From the NCBI GenBank assembly GCA_012026655.1, contig JAAILG010000229.1, positions 1 through 64,000 of the forward strand: a DNA stretch of 64,000 bases, written 5' to 3'. A model generated the notes under the pieces. It was not told where the DNA came from, did no database searches, and saw only the letters and a list, made by a program, of their open reading frames with translations. Below are positions 25,601-38,400 of the stretch, in pieces. Every line of letters begins with the position of its first letter. Positions within the stretch are counted from its first letter, which is position 1. The position numbers were made by a program, and so were the translations under genes. This DNA comes from Hydrolagus affinis (taxonomy: Eukaryota).

Positions 25601-26329
25601 TTTGGGAGAGAGCGAATGGAGGAAGATGTAGAGAAAGAGGAGGATAAAGAGAGAGAATGTAGTAAATCTAAATAAATCTACAGTATAAATAAATCTAGTA
25701 CCAGGATTTAGGCAGTATTATGTCTTTCTCTTCAATACTTTGAACTTTGAAAAATGTGAGATAGGAACGAGGAAGATTCATTGTCCTATTCTTCTGCTGT
25801 CTCAAGCAGGTCAGTTTGTGTTGCTCATGATTAGTGTTGCACAGATATCTTCCAGGATACTGGATGTAATGTCCTCAGATGGGGTGTAGAATAGACTCAA
25901 AAATTTGATTTGTCTGTCACTGATTTGTCTGTCTGTTAAGCTACAATTGCCTTATTTAAGTTTTTAGGACTCCCTTGATCTCAGCAATTATATCTTCATG
26001 TCATTTTTTTTCACAAAAGCCCTCTGTGGTGCAAAGGGAATGATTCAATTTCTGGTGCTCTGAATTATCCACTGATCCAATCCTCCTTGTTCTCTTCTCA
26101 TAGCTCTGAAGTTTTCATGATGTTGGATTAAAAATAGGATCCATTAGCGTTTAGAAGTCCCTGACGTTTTATGTTCCTCAAAGTTTCAAAGAAGCCTCAG
26201 CAGGGGTTAAACCCTCATTGTCTGTTTCATGAAAGACATATTCTTCCTGACACCTCCAGTTAAATCGATCTTCCAGCTCCAGGATCTGAATGCAATATTT
26301 TCTCAGCCTACAGCGAGTCATTTTGAACT

Positions 26330-26405
26330 GACAACAACAACAACAAAATTGCACTTATATAGCGCCTTTCACATTGGGAGGACGTCCCAAAGTGTTGAAC
26401 AGTCA
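26330..26405 (-). mobile_element. L2 tail-only copy
   Basis: (AAC)n-aaattgcacttatatagcgcctttcacattgggaggacgtcccaaagtgttg. Confidence 0.8.
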
Positions 26406-27007
26406 GGATGCGACCAGCAATAAAAAAAAGTCTGATTTAGGAAACATAACTTGTTTCTACCATTGCCAGCCAGGTTCAGCATTAATCTGCAAGTATTCAT
26501 TTCCTATATGTGCAACAATTAAAGCATAAAGTTGTTTTTTTATCCCAATTTGAAGTTTGTAAGCACAGACATTTCACTTCCAAAATGTGTCTACACCCAG
26601 TTACAGACTGTATTGGCTATAAATACAGTTGATTTGTTTGCTTATGAGCCATAAGAAAATTTCCAGGACCTTCATGAATTCGTTCGGCAAGCCTGACGAA
26701 AAAATGTATGTTAAGTAACTCTTCCACAATCCTTGTGGACCAAAGCTGTTTAACTACTGGAATTAAAAGTACATTTTCACAATCAAGAGCCTCCTCTTCG
26801 GCAATAACCAGAAAAGATTTATTAGAAGAAAAAATAATTGGCACAGACACCTATTCATTTTGAAGAAAATCCTTTGAAGCACTTTGGGACATCTGAATGA
26901 TGTGATGCAACCTCAAATAGAAGGATTATTAAGTCTGTCTCAGAATATTAATGTGTATATATTATACGGTGTGGATGAAATAGTTTCTGCATTTGCTTAT
27001 TGGTAAC

Positions 27008-27134
27008 TAACAACAACTTTGATTTCTACCTTTCTACCCCTGCCCCTGGCTAGGTCCCGGGATCCACTATTGTGCTCTGAGACGCTGTCCAGCATGGAGG
27101 GCACAATATAAATCAAAGTTGTTGTTGTTGTTGT
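27008..27134 (+). mobile_element. L2 3' UTR fragment (same subfamily as the 33642 end)
   Basis: 'gtcccgggatccactattgtgctctgagacgctgtccagcatggagggcacaatataaatcaaa(GTT)n'. It is preceded by a short inverted tail piece 'aacaacaactttgattt'. Confidence 0.8.
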
Positions 27135-27477
27135 TAAATAACTATAAAGCTATAGATCCCTACTACTCAACACTGGCCCTTAAATTATCACCCTGTGAAA
27201 GAACAGTATTCAGTGCACAGCAGTAAAAGGTCAATCTAATGTGGCTGTTACGTATTGAGTTCCACTCCTGTCTGTTATTAAACGCAGTGTGGACTATGAC
27301 AAACTACTGTTTTGTGACCCTGTATGCCCAGGTCAGAAAAAGAGAAATTGGAGTTGTACTGAGATGTATGTAAATACATATATTATTTATATAGGCATTA
27401 CTGAGTGGTATTGTTGTATCAGCACATCTAGAGCCCAGGCCATGGCCTTGGGGCTTTCAGTAGCACACTTTATCATG

Positions 27478-27632
27478 NNNNNNNNNNNNNNNNNNNNNNN
27501 NNNNNNNNNNNNNNNNNNNNNNNNNNNNNNNNNNNNNNNNNNNNNNNNNNNNNNNNNNNNNNNNNNNNNNNNNNNNNNNNNNNNNNNNNNNNNNNNNNNN
27601 NNNNNNNNNNNNNNNNNNNNNNNNNNNNNNNN
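27478..27632. other. Assembly gap (155 N)
   Basis: Run of N. Confidence 1.
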
Positions 27633-27689
27633 AGGAAGCAGAGGGGAGATAGGCTACAGCTGTTCTTATTGTTAGGGCCATATATTATA

Positions 27690-27950
27690 GTTCGAGAGTT
27701 TGACAGCTGCTGTTGAAAATGGCTGAAGGGTATCAGGCAGGTGAATCAACTGTAAAAATTTATTGGAGGATACAAACTATTTCCAAGGACTGATATAAAA
27801 CTCTGAGTTGAGAGCTGAAGTATTGAATGTTACATGACAAGAGTTAGCTGTTGTCAATATTTATAGTGCAACTCCTGCAGACTATATCCTGTTTCTTTGA
27901 TTAACTGAGCTGGTTTGCTGAGTCTGGGGATGATTCATTTGTTGTTCAGT
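27690..27950 (+). pseudogene. Possible CR1/L2 AP-endonuclease relic
   Basis: 'attggaggatacaaactatttccaaggact' reads IGGYKLFPRT (compare GYKLFRKDR). Flanking motifs are very degraded. Confidence 0.3.
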
Positions 27951-29224
27951 CTGTAATATATTTAGTGAGAAGAGTTTTGCAGATAGTCAAATGAGATGGT
28001 TGAACTGCACAACTTTATTCTTTCTTAAAGATAACTCCAGAGCTCAATGGATTTGCAGCATGTCGTTTGCCTTCTGATAATAGTGCTTTCTTCTTATTTA
28101 ATTGGCATATTTATATTTGTATTTTTTTAAACAACAAAACATGAGTAGGTTTTTGCAATCCAAAATAATATTTGCCCCCTATTTTGGCCATTTATTTTAT
28201 TTCGTACATTTTTTTCCCTTCAGGGACTTGTACCATGTGCTTTCCCAAGCTGAGAGGGTGGGTAGAGACCCACTTGGGACTCTGTTTGTGCTGTTCCACA
28301 GTTAGACGCTGGGAGGTTGATGAAAGCAGCCTGCGTTAAGATGTTTCTTATTCCTGTTAGGATGAAACTTGCTTTTGAATGTGAGCACCTCTCTGTGTTT
28401 GTACTGACAACTGAATGCATGTGAAATCTATTCTTCACTACGCCACAGATGCAGCGACATTTCTGGCCCATCTTGTTCTGTTTTATTTTTTTCCCTTCTT
28501 CGTGTCCCTCATGCAATCCCCCGGATTTGTTTTAACTAAGAGGGTTAGTCAGTTTCCCATGATTAAGCATTTCCATTTTATTCCTCCCTCTTCTCTCGCT
28601 CTCCTCCCACCACCCCACACACATACATACACCACCTCACACACAAACCCAGTGTGCTAAGTTTGAGAATTCAATCTGTGTGCATGCAGTGTGTTAGGGT
28701 ATCAAGACACCTGTACAAATGATTACTTTGTCTTCACAAACAACGCTGTAATGAGGCTGTGGGTTTGATGCTGTTGATTTGGTGCCAAATCCTTTTTTCT
28801 GTACAGTTCTCAAATTAAGTCCCAACCCTGAAGGGACATAATATGTTAATTAAAGATTGTGCTTTTCCAGAAAGTTAATCTTGGGTGGGAATCTTCCCAA
28901 TGGCACAAGTGAGACAGACAGCTTCAGGGCTCTCAAGTTCCTAAATGTATTGGAAAACACATTTTGACCCACTTTTAATTGTACCATTGAAAATATGCAC
29001 AGATATATAAATAAAATATAAATTGAATTGCCAAAGTTGCATTTGATCTGTTAGCAATGATGTTCATATTCTGTTTGAAAGCAGATAGTTACTGTAAATG
29101 GAAGGACAATTGAATATTTTTGCATTTGAATAATGCTTTATTTTAAAACAAAATTCAACTTTCCATTTCCAATTCAGTTGATTGGTAAAAACACCAAATG
29201 TAGCAATAAGCCATTTAAACCAGT

Positions 29225-29490
29225 CAATCACAGGTTCCCATTCACAGTCTGTAGTGAGTTATCTGATATCACCTGGAGCGGAAGATGTGGCAATAAAATT
29301 GTCCTCACTTCCTTTAGGCTTGGGGGAGGCAATGTTAGGTGGAATTGAAGTAATCTCCTTGCTCTGTGAGCCAGAGCAGACTGGATGTGTTGTAGATTTC
29401 TCCTTCTGAGCTGTAGATTTCTATGTTTCACTCTTGGCTCTGAGTCAGAAGATTGAGGGTTAAAGTCCCACATTGGAAATTGAACTTATT
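29225..29490 (+). mobile_element. AmnSINE2-like fragment (29225-29340) and SacSINE-like tRNA head (29425-29490)
   Basis: 'agtctgtagtgagttatctgatatcacc' and 'cactcttggctctgagtcagaagattgagggttaaagtcccac'. Confidence 0.6.
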
Positions 29491-30254
29491 ATTTGTAGTG
29501 TAATTTATTTAAAATAATCTATATAGATTTTTAAATGCATTATATTCATATATCAGTGCTCCGATTTTTGCTATGAATAAAGTTTGGATAATTTCTTGAA
29601 AAACAGTCGTTGACCACAGAAGAGGAAGTGAAAATACTCTCTCTTGGTATTTATCTGTCTTGGCTGTATTTTCATCTTCTTAGCAAAAAGAAAGTTCTGG
29701 AATTCTGCTAAATTTATAATATTTCTGTTAAAAAATATCTAGGTGGATTTTGGAAATGATGAACGGTGCTGTTTTATGTAGTTTTGAGAACTAGATCTTG
29801 AGGCAGTTAATGACAGAAGAGATTACCCATAGCAGGTTGCCTATTTGGATGAGGTAATGCTCAGCTGCCCTCTCTGTGACTGGTGAGTTAAAACCAAAAG
29901 CTAAAGTTGTAGAGAAAGACTGGTGGAGAGGAGCCAGCAAAACCTCTCGCTTTTTCTTCTCTTTGAAAAAAAAGAGAGAACATTTGTCGGTCCAAATTCC
30001 GCAGATGTTGAACAGTTGCTGATGTAGCTTCCACCCCCATGAAACACATTAAAGTGTAGCCGCTGGAGTGCCGAAGCAGTTGGGTGCTATTGTATAATAC
30101 GTATAAATACAGACAGCAGAATCAGACAAATTTGTGCCATGACTATTAAGAAGTGACAGCTGGATTTCTCGTGTTCTTTTTGACAAATGAACAACAACAA
30201 TGTTGAAACCAGTGTGTTTGACAGAATCCTGTGGTTTATTTCTTGGTCACATAA

Positions 30255-30365
30255 GAACCGAGCGAGACTCTTCTCTTTTCGAATAGTGCCATGGGATCTT
30301 TAACAGCTGCCAGAATGTGCAGACGGGTCCTGGGATTTAACATTTCATCCCAAGGATGACAAAAA
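30255..30365 (-). mobile_element. Deu-domain SINE fragment
   Basis: 'ttcgaatagtgccatgggatcttt...cagacgggtcctgggatttaacatttcatcccaaggatg' is the antisense of 30560-30645. Confidence 0.8.
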
Positions 30366-30433
30366 TGTTGAGACTTTGAGCTTGTACTCTAGGCTTACAT
30401 TCTAGTGGGGAACGCTGCATTGTTGGAGATGTT

Positions 30434-30805
30434 TGTCGGCCTGGCTCAGTTGGCAGCACTTGGCTCTGAGCCAGAAGATTGTGGGTTGAGGCATGGAACA
30501 TTGAGACTGGACTCATATAGTCTAATCTGACACTCCAATGCAGCACTACATTGTTGGAGGTGCCATCCTTTGGTGAGATGTCAAACCAAGGCCCCATCTG
30601 TCTCGCCAAGTAGATGATAAAGATCCCATGGCATTATTTGAAAAAGAAGGGAGTTTCTATGATGTTCTGGCCAACAATGTTTGTAGGGCATTGCTGTGCC
30701 CCAAATAATCTCATTCACCCACAAAATACAGGGTCTTTACACTTTACAGTATATCCTGTGAAGAGCTTTGGGACTCCCTCCCAATGTGGAATATGTTATA
30801 TCAAC
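30434..30805 (+). mobile_element. Near full-length SacSINE1-like tRNA-Deu-L2 SINE
   Basis: Head 'tggctcagttggcagcacttggctctgagccagaagattgtgggttgag', Deu domain 'ggaggtgccatcctttggtgagatgtcaaaccaaggccccatctg...aagatcccatggcattatttgaa', and tail 'gtgaagagctttgggac'. Confidence 0.85.
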
Positions 30806-30829
30806 CGTAAGGGTTAGGAGATACTGCCC

Positions 30830-31090
30830 ACTTTATCCCATCTGCCTCATGAGGTGGACATTAAAGATTGAACGACACTATTTGAAAATAGAATCTTTCC
30901 TGGTCATATGGCCAATAATCCTCCAGATAAAATTGGCCATGTACTCCATGAATGTTTGTGGGAAATTGCTGTGCGTAAACTGACTGCCGAGTTTGCCTAC
31001 AAATACAGACACTTCACTGTGTATAAAGAAATTCAATGTGAAGTACTTTGAGGGATTTTAATGTTGTAGGTGCTATATTAAACAAGGTCT
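30830..31090 (+). mobile_element. Second, tandem Deu-SINE 3' portion
   Basis: 'catctgcctcatgaggtggacattaaagat...tgtttgtgggaaattgctgtgcgtaaactgactgccgagtttgcctaca'. Confidence 0.75.
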
Positions 31091-32159
31091 CTTCTCATAT
31101 TACTTGTTTAGCTCAAAGGATTGAAAACATAATCTACACCTCTAATTCTTGTGTTTGAGGCAGGTCAGCTGGTCAACCATGAACAATGCTTTGAACTGTG
31201 GGCCTGCTTCCTCTGAGATTGGTCAGCAGGAAGATACTGCTTGTTTTCGGTTAAATAATATAAAATTGATTATATTAAATGTATTTCACAGATGAAGTGT
31301 TTTAATACGAAAACAATGTTTGCCGCTCTGAATGGGGGAGTGTTGAGGTTTGGGGAGGAAATTGCTTTCGCTCGGCTGTGGCCGGTTACGTATTTGCTGT
31401 ACTGTGGCATTGCTTGCAAGTCAAAGAGAGCAACACAATGATAATTGTAACAGCGTGAATTCAGGCATTTAGTTCTGTCGTGCTTAAGATCAATTCCCAC
31501 AGTTTCACAGGGTAAATAATGATAACCCCTTTAAATATTCCGGTCTTGGTGAATTTATAGTGTCTGTTCCTGGTTCACAATTTACAAAAGGTACAGGATT
31601 TACAAAAGCAGCTAAGTTATTTTAGTATGAAGATTATACACTGGAGCTTTCCATTAAGCAACTGTGAATGAGATGGGACCAAGAGCAGATAAGGTACAAT
31701 CTAACAAACTTAATATGTTGCTTTGGTGCAAGGCATATTGAATCTGAAGTTTAATTGATTTGGAATGAGGTGTAATTACAAAATAGATAAGAGGTAATAG
31801 GTTAGACTTTTTTCCCATTTTCCCCCAGCATGATGATGCTGTCATGTATACCATGTGTACAAGTGGTTACGTTTAACCTGCTTCAAGCAAAATATGGTAC
31901 AGTTAACATGATTTATTTCTGAGTATAGACATACTGCGTTTTTACTCAATTGGCTTTGGTGCTGGACTTCGGTTCAAAATATAAATGAGTCAAGAATATG
32001 CATAGGAATCTCTTACATCAGTTATTGTTTAATAAATGGAGCTTAATATTTTGAAAAGCATCAAAGATAATTGTTTCAAATTGTTCTCCCCTCCTCTCCT
32101 GAAGCCATTTGACACTATTTTTCCTTCCCTTGGGATGCAGTTTACTTGTGAGCAAATGA

Positions 32160-32430
32160 AGGTACCTCACCCAGATGCTGGTTCTAAATGAAATTGTGAT
32201 GTGAGGATGTCGAGATGAGCCTGGAGGCCATGTGTACCCATGTCTCACACAGGTCATTGAGGGTGAAGTGAAGTTGACTTTTATTTGAAACTTCTCTCAC
32301 CCGGGAAAATTAGAACAATTGCAGTGTGCCTTGTGTCATCTTGATGATCTAACTCAGCACAGACCAGGGATCAACATTTTCTCATCTGTAAGGCTCAGTA
32401 ACTCATTGAATATTCTCATAGAGCCATCAA
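32160..32430 (-). mobile_element. AmnSINE2-like ancient SINE
   Basis: 'atctaactcagcacagaccagggatcaac...ctgtaaggctcagt...gagccatc' is an antisense head, homologous to the 22180 copy. Confidence 0.6.
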
Positions 32431-32939
32431 AATATTATTAGTAGAATTATATTTAAAATTACATTTTAATTTATGAATCTATAAACTTGAGATAACAACC
32501 TTGGTCTTTTTCTGCACTTCAATGTGTAGTTATGCAGTACTGTATTTCTTAGCTACCCACCACTCCCCATTTGCAGATTTGCCAAAGTGTAAATCAGATA
32601 AAACTAAAGATTAATTGGATCAAGTTCTAAGGGCACTTAATTTAATCTACACCAATTGGTCGTGAGATTATGAGCACAATAATTTATTTAAATTTACTTA
32701 CCAGATTTTATATCGAAACATTTGTTAAAGGGCCTGGGAGGACCTGGTTCTAAAGATATCTTCAACAGGCAAGACTATTTTCTGCTTTTAATGACTGCAT
32801 TTATTTTGGATGTTTATCTTTTCTAATCCCTCCTCTATGGTAACTAAAAACGTAATAGCTGATAGAATGTAGCCTCCCTGGCCTCTACAGAAAGGCTTTG
32901 GAAGTGGTTGCCAAGAATTGTAAGGAGGACACAAGAATT

Positions 32940-33642
32940 CCTTACCCTGAGTGTTTCTTTGAGGCCTATTGCGGATGTTCGACCCCCAACTGTCCTTCTT
33001 CCCCCACATCTGGTCCCTCACCAGCACTGCCTTCTACCAACGACGGATGGCAATACCTCACCCCAAAAGCCACTGAAACCCTGGTCCACACCTTCATCAT
33101 CTCACGGTTAGACTATTCAAATGCCCTCCTTGCCGATCTCCCCTCCACCACAATCCATCCAAAACTCTGCCGCCCGCATACTTACTTGCACCAAACTTCG
33201 CTCCCCCATTACCCCAGTCCTTGCCAGACTTCATTGGCTCCCTATCCCAGAGAGGATCAACTTCAAAATCCTCACCCTTGTCTTCAAATCCCTCCACTCC
33301 TCTTCACTCCCCTACCTCTCTGACCTCTCTCTCCTCAAACCAGCTCCCATTGCCTTCGCTCCACTGGGTATGGCCTCCTCCATGTCCCCCGAATCCTCTG
33401 CTCCACTCTCAACGGCTGTGCCTTCAGCCACTATGCTCCGAGGCTCTGGAATTCCCTTCCTCACTACCTTCGCCTCGCACCCTCTTTTCTCAGCTTCCCC
33501 AGCTGAAGACCTTTCTCTTCGACCGCACCTTTGGTCAACTTTTACCCCTGCCCTTGGTTCGGTCCTGGGATCCGCTATTGTGAAGTGCTCTGAGACGCCG
33601 TCCAGCGTGGAGGGCGCTATATAAATCGAAGTTGTTGTTGTT
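32940..33642 (+). mobile_element. L2 LINE, 5'-truncated, ORF2 C-terminus and 3' UTR
   Basis: Frameshifted peptides ETLVHTFIISRLDYSNALLA / IQNSAARILT...SPITPVLARLHWLPIPERINFKILTLVFKSLH / QLKTFLF, then tail 'gagacgccgtccagcgtggagggcgctatataaatcgaa(GTT)n'. Confidence 0.95.
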
Positions 33643-35881
33643 GATGTGGCTCTTAATCCACCTCATCTTGGCATGCTGTTGTCATAAAGAACAATACTGT
33701 CAAGAGGAGACTGTTTAAACAGGGATGTCTCAAACATTTACACCAGAAGGACTACTGGACATGTGAAGAAACTAATGTGATAGTGTGCAGCAATGACAAT
33801 ATAATATAAAACCTTTTTTCCGAACAAGAAGATGGATTTTAACCATTTCTGTAGGCTGAATTAATGGTTAAAACCCAGAGATGTCTATTACTTTGTCATG
33901 AACAGAGAATCTATCGTGAGCAGGTTGCACCTGTAGTCAGAATCAACACAGAAAATAATTCTGTTTAATTGGAATCAGCATAAATACAAGATTACCCACA
34001 ATACCCGCTTTCACATATGACAGGAAGACAGATATTCAAGAAGAATTATGGGAAGAGGTTTGGAGCAGCCAGGAGACAGGTTTGCATTTTTTCCAGGTTA
34101 ATTCACTCAATGGAAAGCTGCTATGTGATGTGTCATATATCAAAGGCAGGGCATCAGTAATCTTTGCTCAAGGGCATGGATAACAGACAGATAGACATGT
34201 GAATGAGATGGAAAAAAAAGCAACTCATCCTTTTCTGCTAACACCATGAAGGAGATAAAGGAAGATTTATGACTCATCTTGGACCACATACCAGCAACCA
34301 CAACATTTTTCACATGTTCCAAAAATTGGAGCTGGAAAGCAATGTGCTGTCACATTGGCTATCAGGTGCTTTAATAGGAAATTGTTTCCTTTGGGTTTTG
34401 CTCTTCATTTCAGCCTTTGCGCTCGTAACAGTTCTGTGTTGTTTTGTTAATCGTAGATGGAAACATATTTTTAAATGATTAACATTTACCCTTTTGGATA
34501 CAGTGCACTACAATACTTTAAATTGTACATCATCCATCAACAAAAAGGAGATTAACAAAAAAGTGGCTTGGGATAGTCTATTAAAACAAAGTGGATGATT
34601 TGCAATGCTTAATAAATCAATTTTTATTTTTAATACTCTGCATTTTCATTGATCAGCCTAGTGTCTGACACACATGACTTATCACCATGCTTATGAGGAT
34701 CAAGACAGACTGAGAGTTCCATATACACATACAACTTATGCATTGGAAATTTCCCTTTGTTTGGAAAAGCGTGCGCACACTCTCCCCAGCTGGAATCACC
34801 CTGTTTAGCTAACACTGAAAAGTATAAGACAAGAATTAGGCTTAGGGACCCTAGACGTGCCATTGGGAGTTTAACAATTAAAACAGTATAGCTTGCATGT
34901 TCTATGTATTACATGTATTGTACTTTGACATTCATTTGTTACAGTTGTTAATCAAGACATCTTTGCATTTGTTCATGTATAATTTACAAATTTGCTTTGA
35001 GTAAGAAAAGGATTGTTTATTAAGGATAAGATCCAATGCAGCCACATAAATTATGGGAACTGTTATCTAAGTCCACTTAAAAAAAAATGAGAATTGCCAC
35101 CCTTCCACCAAAATTTAACACATCACTGGAGGAGGAGGATGTGTTGAGAAACAAATAGAAGTGTTTCCTGCTTATCATTTCCTGCAGGCATTCACTCAAA
35201 GCAATGATATCCCAGAACAATGGAATGAAACACTATAGCTTTCTGTTGTTGTATCACTGGGACTAATCTTCACTGATATGTCCACAAAGTGCTGTGCAAT
35301 GGTAAAGCAAACAGTGAATGTAATTTCCTGTGAATAATGCTCAAGTATTCAGCCATTGCAAAAAAAGCAGAAGTTGCATGTAACTCTAGGTTATATTTTA
35401 TATTACTTTATCTGTTGGTTGTTTTTACAATTTTTAAAAAAAGGTTTTCAGTCACGTTCGATTACAGTCCTTATCATAATCACATGTTTGCTTATTCATG
35501 GGACTTGACCTCAGACATTGAAATAACATAGAATGTCACACTGAAAGCAATAATAATATTATAAATAGAATGAAGGAAAATTTAGAGAAGTGTTCCTTCA
35601 CTCTTTAGTTGTGCACAAGTATTAGTCATTGTATAGTTACTGGGCAGAATGTTTTACCTTCATTTTCCACATCAGATACAGGTTGCAAACATTGAATCAT
35701 TTGGATTGTCTAGTTTGGCTTTGAATTAAAATATTATTGGAATAATTATTGAAATAATGTCTGCATGCATAAGTTGTAACCAACTGCCAGTAGTGTAGAA
35801 AATAATAACGTTTATTCTATGTTTGGTATCAATAATGTTAACCTGCTGCTTGTTGGTAGTGGCAGATACTGAGCCAACATG

Positions 35882-36086
35882 TGTAGCTTTTAAAACAAGA
35901 ACAGAAATCACTGGGAACACTAAGCAGGTCAGGCAGCATCTATGGAGAAAGGAAAGTGAGTCAACGTTTCGGGTCCATGACCCTTGTCCATAAATGCTGC
36001 CTGACCTGCTGAGTGTTCCCAGTGATTTCTGTTTTTGTGTCAGATTTCCAGCATCTGCTGTATTTTGCGTTTATTTGTAGCTTTTA
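35882..36086. mobile_element. Penelope-like palindromic insertion (inverted terminal segments) with an 11-bp flanking direct repeat
   Basis: Arms 35900-35939 and 35994-36033 are complementary at 39/40 positions. The loop holds AACGTTTCGGGTC-CAT-GACCCTT. TGTAGCTTTTA occurs at both 35882-35892 and 36076-36086. Confidence 0.75.
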
Positions 36087-36549
36087 CATTGATGCTGATC
36101 AAGTGAGAGTGCCTTTGTAAGGTAAGGTGGAAAAAGCTAATGGTTGATGTTGTAGATAGTCAGGCAGCTGGGCCTCCAAGTGAAATGAACATAGGAAAGT
36201 TTCATATCAAGACACTCCTAGGGGTTATGTAACTGCTGGAGGAAAGGACAGTTTTAAGGACAGTTTAAGAGCCTATTCAGCAACTTTCAGCCTGGGGCAA
36301 AGACTCAGCAAAGCTAGCCCAAGGGCCTTGGGGCTCTTGGCACTGAACTATCGCTAAAGTACAACATGTCAAACTATTCATGCAGACAGCTGAGCTGAAA
36401 TTTTTGTCCCAGAAGTCATCAGAGCGTTATTCTTTTGGTTCTTTTGTATGACTTTCCACTGATGAATAAAGATGAAACATTCTTGAAGTGCTGTGCTTCA
36501 GCTGTAGACCCACACCTGACCCTAGTTATTGATGAATCTGTGTGTTGAA

Positions 36550-36966
36550 TCATCCAGAGGATCTAATTCAAGATCATGGTCCTCACATTCAAAGCCCTCC
36601 ACGGCCTCGCCTCACTCTACATGTGTGACCTCCTAACCCTCCTACCAACCTGTCTACCCCCTCTGCTCAGCAGGCTCTGGCCTGCTCCATGTCCCCTGAC
36701 CCACCCGCCCCACCATTGGTGGGCGAGCCTTTAGCCACTCTGCCTCCAACCTCTAGAACTCCATCCTGCAGTCCCTCCACCTCGCCCCCTCTCTGGCCTC
36801 CTTCAAATCCCGCCTTAAGACCCTCCTCTTCGACGGTTCCATCGGTCACTCCAAATCTCCCCCCTTTCCCTCCACTTTCCTTGTCCCCAGCTCGGGTTTG
36901 AAACAGTGCCTCAGGGTGTCCTCCTGATGTGAAAAGCAGTATACAAGTATGATTTTGTTGTTGTTG
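36550..36966 (+). mobile_element. L2 LINE 3' fragment
   Basis: 'ttcaagatcatggtcctcacattcaaagccctccacggcctcgcc' reads FKI.VLTFKALHGLA, followed by 'cttaagaccctcctcttcgac' and tail 'cctcctgatgtgaaaagcagtatacaagt(GTT)n'. Confidence 0.9.
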
Positions 36967-38400
36967 AACATCTGTTGGGGGCAGGTAGGCTAACTTTATT
37001 GGAGACATAATTAGAAAGGGACATCATTAAAGAGAGACATATAAGCAAGTAAACGTATTGATATTATTGTTTCCAGAAAGCTAAGTTGATCAAACTATTG
37101 CCCAGTATAGGCACTGCTAAGCTAGTTCTAATTTGTTCCAAGTAGATCCTGATATAGACATTGAGTAAGGAATGAATTGGACTCAGTTTTGATGCCCTGG
37201 TGCCCACCTCAGCCACAGGAGATGAGAGTTGGTGTTTTTTGGAAAAGAATTGTGACTAACGTTTTCGGCTATGTGACTTGTAATCCCCTTCCAGAGTGTG
37301 TGAGATCTAGTATGAAGTGTCAATACCACAGTAATGAAACACTTAAACATGTAAAGCAAAATAAAGCTCTGTCAGTATGTAAGTGGGAAACGGATATCTA
37401 CCACTGGTGGAAGAAACGCGACACATAATTGCCTGTCATACAACAGGGAAGGATGGTGAAGGAAAATATCTTCAGCAGGAGGACGAAAAATGTGTGGATA
37501 TCAGGTCACTGACCTGTTCTTGCTGGAGTGGGGGTGAATGGAAATAGATCCCTTGGTGACAGTAAAGAATGCAAATGAAGATAGCTTCTGCTTCAACATC
37601 GAGATCCTCAGGCACATTGCCAGTTTTTATTTAGAAAAAAATTCACGTATGCTTCCTTTCCCCTTCTTTTGATTCCCAATGTCCATCGTAAGGTGAGAAA
37701 CGATCATGCAAGGGTGGGGATAATCATCCAAAAATTAGGCTTCCCAATACCTGTATGTGGAGGTTCCCAGCCTTTGCCTTCTTTCTACTGATGGTATGTG
37801 TGACTTGAAGAACTCTTATCTGCGAGGAGTGTGAGCATGAACTTGTCTCATCATACTGTGGTGCGAGTTGGTGCTTCATGTAGACACCTCATTTTGGTTT
37901 CGGCAGAGGCTCCCTGCTGTTGAGTAATCTTGCTGAAGACCAAGTAAAGAGAAGTTCAGGCTTAGTTGTAACATCTTCCTCCATGATTCACCACCTTGAC
38001 TTACACTTGGAGAAATAAAGAACTGGAGTTGCATTTCATAGCACCTGCTATGTTGAACTTCTCAGAATGCTTCACAGAAACCACTATCATACCAAGGTAC
38101 TGTTTTTTGTTGACAAAAATTGTCATTTTATTGAGATAGCAGAGGGTTATTATCATGCCCTACTATACATGAGCATCTTCAGCAGAGCAGAAGAGGGGAG
38201 GGAAAGAAAAGAGATGGTGTGTTTGAAACTAGTATTTATTGCTGGCATCTTTTGATTCTTTTAAAAAAATGAATGGGAAGAATCGTGCCTTTTTATGCAT
38301 CATCTACTAATTGTGCACATGCAACTTTAGAAACGTCATGTGGAATCTGGCAGTGAAATTATAATGTGAATGGCAAACCACCACTGATATTACAGGAAAT

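Noticed and set aside
32898-33624. Overlapping 120-167 aa ORFs
   Set aside because: These are pieces of one frameshifted L2 ORF2 C-terminus.
33712-33760. CAGGGATGTCTCAAAC, a possible hAT terminus
   Set aside because: The match is short, with no partner TIR or clear target duplication.
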